This document shows positions 40,791 to 47,677 of a stretch of 64,000 nt of DNA, one piece after another (the first letter of the stretch is position 1; each line of letters opens with the position of its first letter). This stretch comes from a virus, in the IMG/VR virus record IMGVR_UViG_3300032032_000003, positions 7,553-71,552 of that record, one strand, 5' to 3'. The notes beneath the pieces were generated by a model that was given only the letters and a program-made list of their open reading frames with translations, did no database searches and was not told the origin of the DNA. The position numbers were made by a program, and so were the translations under genes.

Positions 40791-40979
40791 ATGACCACGG
40801 CAGCATTGGGTACAGTTGCGAAGCGCATGAAAGCCAAAATTGACAGACTAAGTGAAGATCCTAGATACCCCGAAAGAGGATATCGGAAAATCAGCGATGC
40901 GGTTCAGCTAGTAACTTACATGATAGCTCCGATACTGTTACCATTTATATTAATGTATCTCCAGATGATAGGAGATTAA
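40791..40979 (+). CDS. Small membrane protein
   Basis: AGGAGG RBS; C-terminal hydrophobic helix. Confidence 0.7.
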   Translation: MTTAALGTVAKRMKAKIDRLSEDPRYPERGYRKISDAVQLVTYMIAPILLPFILMYLQMIGD

Positions 40980-40983
40980 AAAA

Positions 40984-41100
40984 ATGTTCATACAACAAAT
41001 ATGGGAATTTTGTAAACAATATCCAGGATGGGCGGCCACCTTTTTCTTTTGTGGCTACCTTTTAGGTTTAGTAATAAAGAATTCTATGAGCTTAAATTAA
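40984..41100 (+). CDS. Small membrane protein (38 aa, not in the ORF track)
   Basis: AGGAG RBS; MFIQQIWEFCKQYPGWAATFFFCGYLLGLVIKNSMSLN*; followed by a terminator. Confidence 0.6.
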   Translation: MFIQQIWEFCKQYPGWAATFFFCGYLLGLVIKNSMSLN

Positions 41101-41106
41101 GCTCCA

Positions 41107-41140
41107 GGGAGGGTAGCTTTTGGGCTACCCTTTTCCTTTG
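41107..41140 (+). terminator. Rho-independent terminator
   Basis: AGGGTAGC-TTTTGG-GCTACCCT followed by TTTCCTTT. Confidence 0.75.
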
Positions 41141-41172
41141 TCTCAGTTTTGAGACAGACATAAATAATAACT

Positions 41173-41367
41173 ATGAAACACATGATAAAGTGGCTTAAAA
41201 TCTGTGCCTTTTTACTTACTATAATGCTTATTGTCCATTCTTTAGAGATTGCCTATGATATTATGTATCATAAGCACAATGGATCTCTGTTCAACGATAG
41301 TGAAACCCCCCAAGGCCTCCCCAACAAATCCAAGAAAAAACTGTTATCCAACATCACTTCCTTATAA
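41173..41367 (+). CDS. Small membrane-anchored hypothetical protein
   Basis: N-terminal hydrophobic helix; near-consensus late promoter CATAAATA 6 nt upstream. Confidence 0.55.
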   Translation: MKHMIKWLKICAFLLTIMLIVHSLEIAYDIMYHKHNGSLFNDSETPQGLPNKSKKKLLSNITSL

Positions 41368-41410
41368 ATATATTAAGTGGCAGATAGTTTATTGCCACAG
41401 GGAGTAAAAA

Positions 41411-41719
41411 ATGAAAAGAATAATAACAGCTGTTTTTCTTTTTCTTGGAATAACCGTTAGTGGTTGTGCTTCAGTAGGAGCAGCCATAGATACAGTAAGG
41501 GACGTTGCAGCAACTGCAGTAGACACCACTGTTCAAGGAGCGGCCAACATCGCAACAGCAGTAGCTGAGGATGTTGTAGATACAACCAGTTTTGTAATCG
41601 AACAAGGCGCAGGAATCGTAGAAGATGCTGCTGCTAAAGTTGACGAGGAAACTGATGAATTGTCCACGAAGAATGAAGTTGAAAAACCAGACTTTCCAAC
41701 AGGAGAGCTGAAGGAATAA
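41411..41719 (+). CDS. Lipoprotein with amphipathic helical repeats
   Basis: Signal peptide ending in lipobox VSG-C; GGAG RBS; TATAAATA at 41363-41370. Confidence 0.8.
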   Translation: MKRIITAVFLFLGITVSGCASVGAAIDTVRDVAATAVDTTVQGAANIATAVAEDVVDTTSFVIEQGAGIVEDAAAKVDEETDELSTKNEVEKPDFPTGELKE

Positions 41720-41738
41720 TAGCTACATAACTAAACTG

Positions 41739-41774
41739 AGCCTGGGTATATTCTCGAGTGTATTCAGGCTTTTT
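41739..41774 (+). terminator. Rho-independent terminator at a convergence point
   Basis: AGCCTGGGTATATT...AGTGTATTCAGGCT stem (with G-U pairs) followed by TTTT. Confidence 0.65.
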
Positions 41775-43716
41775 CTTGGAAGTATGATATCACATCTGTC
41801 AACATGTTCGAACATGTTATATCTTGAAAGGCCAGATCTGGTATGTCTTTTTGTTGTTTAACTAACTTTAAAGCATGCTCTCTATTGTATGCTCTCTTTT
41901 CTTTAGTTTTTATATAAAGCTGTTTAGGGTCTTCATGTTCTGCCAGAGTCTTTAATTGGTTTGTAACGAATTCTACACGTAGATCCATGTCTGCCATATT
42001 ATCAAATCTATAATCAAGTATCTCATCATATAATTCAAACCCCCAATCTTTTAATTGTTGGTGCGCTCCAGGGGCTGTAATAAGTATAGGAATTCTTTCA
42101 CCTAAAATAGGCTTCCAAGTTTTTTCTGTAAAGAAAAGAGCATGGGGCATTGTTTCACACACAACGTCGATTAATACGTCTTTGTAAAAAGGTGGAAAGG
42201 TGTGTGAGCTTACTGTTTCCTCCCCAGTCATATTTAAACTGTTATGTTCAGTTTCAGGAGTAATATCAATTGTAACTCCTCTGGTTAAATAAGAACAATA
42301 CTTGTTTAATAAATTCTTATGGACAAGTTGCCTCCAGAGTTCATCTCTGTGGCTTCTCGTGTTGCCATTCATTGAACAAAATAATACTGTAGGGTTTTGA
42401 TCAGGCATTCTTATTGTGTTTACGCGTTGGCCTATATTAAATGTATGGAATAGCCAAAATAGAGACCACTGTATAACTTCATGGCCCGGTTTTAGATTGG
42501 CATATCTTGTTTGGCAAGCACCCGAATTTAACTCTGTATATGTTTTTGCTATTATTTTGTCGTAATCTAAGGCTTGAAAGATCTCGTATTCAAATGGATT
42601 GAATATTGTAATGTCATGTTCTTCCCACTCCCCTGACACCAATCGCTTACTCAGATCTGCAGGGTCATTAAAAAATACGAAATGATCGTCATCGCCTCCT
42701 ACTCTAGTATTAGCAAGTTGGGGGACTCCTCGGGAGCCCAATACTTGTTCTGGCGCTTCTTTGCGTCCGGCCTTCAGCTCTATATATAAATTTTTAGGTG
42801 TGACATCAGAGTCTATCTGATAAAGATCTTTTCCTAGGTTTTCATCTATATCTGAAGGTGGCCTCTTCCAATCGGCGGGTTTAACTCTTCGTGTTATATC
42901 TATACGAGAGCCAGGCCAAGGAGAGCTAGTCGGACTACTCATATGGTTGATGTTCCTAGTATAGGCCCCTGTTTTTTTTTCAAACTCGTTTCTAGCTTCC
43001 ATTAATTTAGGAACATAATTATCTCTCTTTTCAACAAAAACCACAGGTCCTTCATCTTCTTGAGCCATTAAAATTACAATTTGATCTACAGGTATTCCTG
43101 TTCTTTCTTCAAACATAATAGCATACGCAGAACATTGTATGAACATATTTTCACACATCCACTTTTCTTTCTTTTTCTTAGAAGTTTTAAAATCTATTAC
43201 AGATAATCTACCTCTATATTCTGCGATACAATCTACTTGGCCTGCAAGTCTTAAATGATCTGAATATAGGGTTGATTCAATAGCTCTTATATTATCTATT
43301 TCGTTTAACAAAGGACGAAAGTCTGAATACATTTCTTGATCTAAAATACTAAGCTTTGATACATCTTCAGGCTCATTACGTAGAGCATTCTCACAGAGCT
43401 TATGAATTGCTGTTCCACGAGTTGTTGCGATTCGTGTTACTTTGTTTGCTTCTTCTTCTCCTACACGCTTACGCCAAGCATCAATGCCTGGTTTTGATTT
43501 ATAAGATAAGATTGTCGTGATTGAAGGATACAACAAACCACTAGGTGTGGTATATCTCCTTCCTTGACTTGTATTAATTCTTTCTAGTTCGTCTATATCG
43601 ACGGGCATATGATTAAAATTCATGCATCTCCCACATTTTGTACCCACCAACTTTTCAAGTTCTGGGTTTTTTTCTAAATCACTAACTGTTATTGCATTAC
43701 AAATGCAAACATACAT
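41764..43716 (-). CDS. Apparent three-part ORF: BFD-like [2Fe-2S] peptide + PD-(D/E)XK exonuclease + GT10-like 'TEKT.KP' domain
   Basis: MYVCICNAIT...GTKCGRC; YPSITTIL...RGTAIH...E, AGQVDCIA...IDFKTS; C-terminal FCSMNG..R.HR, VVCET, FTEKTWKPI. The second junction runs through an A9 tract at 42972-42980. Confidence 0.75.
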   Translation of the reverse strand: MYVCICNAITVSDLEKNPELEKLVGTKCGRCMNFNHMPVDIDELERINTSQGRRYTTPSGLLYPSITTILSYKSKPGIDAWRKRVGEEEANKVTRIATTRGTAIHKLCENALRNEPEDVSKLSILDQEMYSDFRPLLNEIDNIRAIESTLYSDHLRLAGQVDCIAEYRGRLSVIDFKTSKKKKEKWMCENMFIQCSAYAIMFEERTGIPVDQIVILMAQEDEGPVVFVEKRDNYVPKLMEARNEFEKKTGAYTRNINHMSSPTSSPWPGSRIDITRRVKPADWKRPPSDIDENLGKDLYQIDSDVTPKNLYIELKAGRKEAPEQVLGSRGVPQLANTRVGGDDDHFVFFNDPADLSKRLVSGEWEEHDITIFNPFEYEIFQALDYDKIIAKTYTELNSGACQTRYANLKPGHEVIQWSLFWLFHTFNIGQRVNTIRMPDQNPTVLFCSMNGNTRSHRDELWRQLVHKNLLNKYCSYLTRGVTIDITPETEHNSLNMTGEETVSSHTFPPFYKDVLIDVVCETMPHALFFTEKTWKPILGERIPILITAPGAHQQLKDWGFELYDEILDYRFDNMADMDLRVEFVTNQLKTLAEHEDPKQLYIKTKEKRAYNREHALKLVKQQKDIPDLAFQDITCSNMLTDVISYFQEKA

Positions 43717-43929
43717 TTAGCGTATCCAACACTTATATCCTGTGCAATCGTCTAGCTCGCTGCCACAATGGTAACAATAGCCTGCTGCTTTGGCATTCTG
43801 TTCTTCTTGCTCTTGTACAGCTGCGTCTGCTATTAAACCCATTTCAAGGTCACGCACTTCTTCAGGCGTATATTTGCCTCCAGAAGTTTCTGCTAGGATT
43901 GAATGACGGTCTTCTACTTTATTAGTCAT
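43717..43929 (-). CDS. Small Cys-rich hypothetical protein
   Basis: C-terminal CYHCG.....C.GYKCW. Confidence 0.65.
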   Translation of the reverse strand: MTNKVEDRHSILAETSGGKYTPEEVRDLEMGLIADAAVQEQEEQNAKAAGYCYHCGSELDDCTGYKCWIR

Positions 43930-45025
43930 TTCTCACTCCTACACCCCAGTCAATAACAACAGGAAATCTAGGAACTCCGTCTGGGGATAATTCAAAGTAT
44001 CTACATGTCACCCACGTAGGTTTTACTTCCTGTTCTAATAAATCTTTTAACAATGCTTGGTTGCCACGAACTCCACTTCTAAATGTTCTACCATCTCCAA
44101 GTTTTAGTTCAAAGTGTTTGGCGTAACCAGACCAGTTGCCTGATCCTTCTAACACTTCAACAACATCAAATTCTTCAGTTATAAACTCTTTCCTTTTTAA
44201 CAAATTCTTACTTCTTTTGTTATCGTAAGGCTCGTTGTTTCTAACCATTTGTCCTTCAAAACCATCTTCAGTATATTCTGAGTATAACTTATCTAAAGCT
44301 TCCTGATCATCACATACTTCAGTTGGAACATAAACTACTTTTGGATTATGTACTCTCGATAGACCATTAAATCTGTCTAAGAATCGTTTGCTTGTATCAT
44401 CTTTATCAAAACAATCATAAACATGGTACTCAACTAAGTCCATACACTCTTCTAATTCTTCTTCGCTTGGTTTCACTTTACGAACAAGACTTGTAATTTT
44501 ATTAAAATTAGCTTTCAGTTTGTGGTTGTAAAGTTCTCCATCTAAAACTATATTTGGATAGTGTTCAAAAAAGTCTATTAATGCTGCCTCTATATGAGGG
44601 CATGTAGTGATTTCTTTTCCTGCTCTAGTATATAGTCCATCTACTCTAGCAATACATCTAATACCATCTAGTTTTGGTTGACTAATACCACTTGACTGTG
44701 GCCTTTTAGTATAGTCATGTGCAAGTTGTGGTTTGAATTTATCGTATTTGTCAACGTTTGCTTCGTCTCTGAAATACTCTTTTTCAATTCTTTTATCCCA
44801 CAATGCTTGGGCTTCTTTCTGAGCTTGTTCAAAACTTGTTGTGGCATTTGCTTTGCCAAAGTTTTTATCAAATGTTTCTTTCCATTCAGAAGTTACAAGG
44901 TTACCATCTTTAATTCCTGAAATAGTTCTTATTCCAGGATTAATTGGACCACTGTATTCAACTGTCCATTCACGAATGTTTCCGTTTGTGTCTCTTTTGT
45001 AGAGTGTTTGTAATGGATATATCAT
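43922..45025 (-). CDS. ATP-dependent DNA ligase with N-terminal WGR-like domain
   Basis: QPKLDGIRC (motif I), LDGELY (III), YHVYD (IIIa), EGQMVR (IV), KRS.NLLK.K (V), PRFP (VI). Confidence 0.93.
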   Translation of the reverse strand: MIYPLQTLYKRDTNGNIREWTVEYSGPINPGIRTISGIKDGNLVTSEWKETFDKNFGKANATTSFEQAQKEAQALWDKRIEKEYFRDEANVDKYDKFKPQLAHDYTKRPQSSGISQPKLDGIRCIARVDGLYTRAGKEITTCPHIEAALIDFFEHYPNIVLDGELYNHKLKANFNKITSLVRKVKPSEEELEECMDLVEYHVYDCFDKDDTSKRFLDRFNGLSRVHNPKVVYVPTEVCDDQEALDKLYSEYTEDGFEGQMVRNNEPYDNKRSKNLLKRKEFITEEFDVVEVLEGSGNWSGYAKHFELKLGDGRTFRSGVRGNQALLKDLLEQEVKPTWVTCRYFELSPDGVPRFPVVIDWGVGVRND

Positions 45026-45439
45026 CTATGATCTCACCATTGTAGAACCGCCTCTGTTAAGGCCTTCTGCTCTAGTACCACCTGCTGAGTAACCAGCTAT
45101 ATAATGTGGTCCTGTCCATGCTACGCTGTAGTCTTCAAAAACATTTCCTCTAGGTCTATTAAGAGCTGGAGCATTGTAACCTGCTGCTTTAAGGATATCA
45201 CCTTCACGGAATCTTTCATGTGTTAAATTTACAAATCCCCAAACACTTCTTTCTGAGAGAATTTTAATAAATTTACGGCCAACTTTTACTTCAAGTGCGT
45301 CCCTGAATTCTTTGATTTTGGCTTCTCCACGATCCATGTCGTACCCATTAGCTTTAAAGCTTTTAATGGTCCATCTTTCGTAATCCTTGGCAATGGCATC
45401 TAGTAGTATGTCTAGTTTTGCTTTTAGTTCTTCATTCAT
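45026..45439 (-). CDS. Conserved phage early hypothetical protein
   Basis: GRKFIKI....SVWGFV...GDILKAA...APA.N..RGNV......WTGP.Y. Start moved to MNEELK because the ORF-track extension is promoter DNA. Confidence 0.75.
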   Translation of the reverse strand: MNEELKAKLDILLDAIAKDYERWTIKSFKANGYDMDRGEAKIKEFRDALEVKVGRKFIKILSERSVWGFVNLTHERFREGDILKAAGYNAPALNRPRGNVFEDYSVAWTGPHYIAGYSAGGTRAEGLNRGGSTMVRS

Positions 45440-45446
45440 ATTAATT

Positions 45447-45534
45447 GTCCTCACTTTTTTATTTAATATACATACATTATGCACTATCCCGGACCATAAG
45501 TCAAGCATTTTTTTGATTATTTGATCACTCTTTT
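45447..45534 (-). promoter_or_regulatory. Sigma70-like early promoter cassette, copy 2
   Basis: 60 nt matching 4444-4504 (one indel, one substitution); TGATCACTCTTTT box at the same distance from the -35 element. Confidence 0.85.
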
Positions 45535-45612
45535 GATGTTTTTTATAGGCACGCTCCTAAGTTATTGATCTTTGAACATCGTATATGTGCTCTAGGCAAG
45601 GATCACCCCCTT

Positions 45613-45927
45613 TTAATCGTTGTATATGGGTCCTAACTTCTTTTTAACTCTTTTCAATGAGTCTCGGATGGCAGTAGACTTCTTGTCTTTTCGCCCGTAA
45701 TCGTCTGCTAAAGCCGAAGTGGGATTAGCATCTGCTACCCTAGATAAAACCTGTTTAAAACCATCGGGCGGTCTTGTACGGTCTCCTGTTCCTCCTATTA
45801 TGTTCGGAGCTCCAATTATTTGTCTTAGGTGTGGGTTGTCTGATATCAATGCCTCCATTGCTGAAATCGATAATAACTGATCTTCAACCTCTCCGGTGAT
45901 GGTATTCTCGATTGTATATATTGGCAT
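45613..45927 (-). CDS. FmdB-like small regulatory protein
   Basis: MPIY...N..TGEV......ISAME.....NPHL.Q....P, GFK.VL..V...NP. Confidence 0.7.
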   Translation of the reverse strand: MPIYTIENTITGEVEDQLLSISAMEALISDNPHLRQIIGAPNIIGGTGDRTRPPDGFKQVLSRVADANPTSALADDYGRKDKKSTAIRDSLKRVKKKLGPIYND

Positions 45928-45937
45928 TATCTTATCC

Positions 45938-46240
45938 TTATTGAACCGCGATCGCGATTTCTTCTACACTATCTATAATTTTAAAGATAGTCTTTTTACT
46001 TTGCGTTGAAAAGAGCTCAGAATTATAACCTTGTATTAGGCATTCCTTGATATATAGTGGATCAAGTCTTTTTAAAACAGGTCGTGAATATCTTAACTCC
46101 TTAAATCCCCAAGTATTCAAACACAGTAAAGCAAGATCTATTTCTTCTTCAGTATAAAAAGCCATCCGATAACCTTTAATTACTTTGGCTTTCGGTTCTT
46201 TTTTCTTAAATGGAATTACCTTTGCCTTCTGTGTGTCCAT
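45938..46240 (-). CDS. Hypothetical late protein
   Basis: TATAAATA (46246-46253) lies 5 nt upstream of the ATG. Confidence 0.7.
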   Translation of the reverse strand: MDTQKAKVIPFKKKEPKAKVIKGYRMAFYTEEEIDLALLCLNTWGFKELRYSRPVLKRLDPLYIKECLIQGYNSELFSTQSKKTIFKIIDSVEEIAIAVQ

Positions 46241-46255
46241 ACTTCTATTTATAGG

Positions 46256-47677
46256 TCAAAACACTTTGATATCGTATTTTTGAGCAAACATTTTACCGTC
46301 TTGAACTGTATTTACAATTGGTTTACCTTTTATATTAAGGCTCGTATTTAGTAACATAGGGCAACTTGTTTGATCTTTCCATGCTACTAATAATTGATAT
46401 AGGCCTGGATGTTGTTTTCTATTAACTGTTTGAACTCTTGAAGTACCATCAACATGAACTATTGCAGGGTATTTCTCAGGCTCTTTGCATTTGACTGTAT
46501 ATTGCATATATGGAATTTCTTTAGTTGGCATTTCAAAATATTTGTGTGCTTCTTCTTCTAATATAACAGGAGCAAAAGGTCTAAATTTCTGTCTCCTTTT
46601 TATTTTATTTACTCTGTCCTTTATGTCTGTGCCTCGAGGGTCTGCTAATAATGAACGGTTGCCTAATGCCCTTGGGCCAAACTCTGCTCTGCCGTTAGCT
46701 ACTCCTACTATATTTCCTTTAAGTAATTCCTCTATTAATTCTTGTGCAGGATATGGACCTGGTATATTGTATCCTAAATAAGGTGTAAACTCTACGTGCT
46801 GGTGTGTATGTGCTAGAACAGCTCCTAATGATGATCCGGCATCTCCTGGGTTAGGCATTATCCATACATTATCATAATACTCTAATGCAATAGCATTTGC
46901 TACACAATTTAATGCACAGCCTCCTTGCAATACTAAATTATTTGAGATGTCCCACTTTTTAGATATCTCTAATATTTTTCTAAATTCTTCTTCGTATATT
47001 TTTTGTGCTGCTGCTGCAAAATCAAAATACATTGTATTATGTGGATCGTCTTGATCCCACGCAAAATTTCTGCAACCTTTTTGTAGGTTTAATTGTAATA
47101 GTTTTTTCATGGGTTCATAATACTTGTCTGGATCTCCATACGCAGCCATACCCATTAAAATATATTCGTCTTCGTTTGCTTTTAATTCACACCTGTCTGT
47201 AATGGCAGAATAAAACATTCCTAAAGAAGTGGGATAACGTGTGCTCCATCGCTTACCTAGTGCACCACTCCATATACTTGAAGTCGTCCACTCTCCAATG
47301 GCATCTATTACTATAATATTAGAATTAATAAAAGGACTTGTAAACATACCCGCTGCTGCATGTGACTGATGGTGTGTGTTGTATTTTACTGTCCAATAAT
47401 CTAAACCATAAGATCTAAGTAATGCTTTAACATTATTCTTTTGCCATTTTTGTCCACTATATACACGTCTTGTATTTTTCCAAAAAGGACTTTCGTGCCA
47501 ATATAATGCCTCGGGCTCACCATATTGTAATGCATCGTTTACTAATGCCCGGTTTAAATTCTTATCATTTTTAATACCACTATACCGTTCGGCATGTCCT
47601 GCAAACAATATTTGATCTTCTTCAATCACAGAAATTGCCGCGTCATGGTGGCCTGCTGATAATCCCCATCTAATCAT
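46256..47677 (-). CDS. Carbamoyltransferase (NodU/CmcH/TobZ family)
   Basis: HDAA, ERYSGIKND, HH.SHAA, DAIGE, MGMAAYG, GGCALN, PGDAGSSLGA, EFGPRALGNRS, FRPFAP, HVDGTSRVQTV, LNTSLN. Start moved to MIRWG. Confidence 0.95.
   Translation of the reverse strand: MIRWGLSAGHHDAAISVIEEDQILFAGHAERYSGIKNDKNLNRALVNDALQYGEPEALYWHESPFWKNTRRVYSGQKWQKNNVKALLRSYGLDYWTVKYNTHHQSHAAAGMFTSPFINSNIIVIDAIGEWTTSSIWSGALGKRWSTRYPTSLGMFYSAITDRCELKANEDEYILMGMAAYGDPDKYYEPMKKLLQLNLQKGCRNFAWDQDDPHNTMYFDFAAAAQKIYEEEFRKILEISKKWDISNNLVLQGGCALNCVANAIALEYYDNVWIMPNPGDAGSSLGAVLAHTHQHVEFTPYLGYNIPGPYPAQELIEELLKGNIVGVANGRAEFGPRALGNRSLLADPRGTDIKDRVNKIKRRQKFRPFAPVILEEEAHKYFEMPTKEIPYMQYTVKCKEPEKYPAIVHVDGTSRVQTVNRKQHPGLYQLLVAWKDQTSCPMLLNTSLNIKGKPIVNTVQDGKMFAQKYDIKVF

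Noticed and set aside
45440-45508. N-terminal extension of ORF 45026..45508
   Set aside because: It is the duplicated promoter and RBS; the likely start is ATG 45439
46256-47677. DNA hypermodification (carbamoyl-hydroxymethylcytosine) as the main explanation
   Set aside because: Not excluded, but there is no dCMP hydroxymethylase, thymidylate-synthase homolog or nucleotide kinase in this window and the operon looks late. The rest of the genome is needed.
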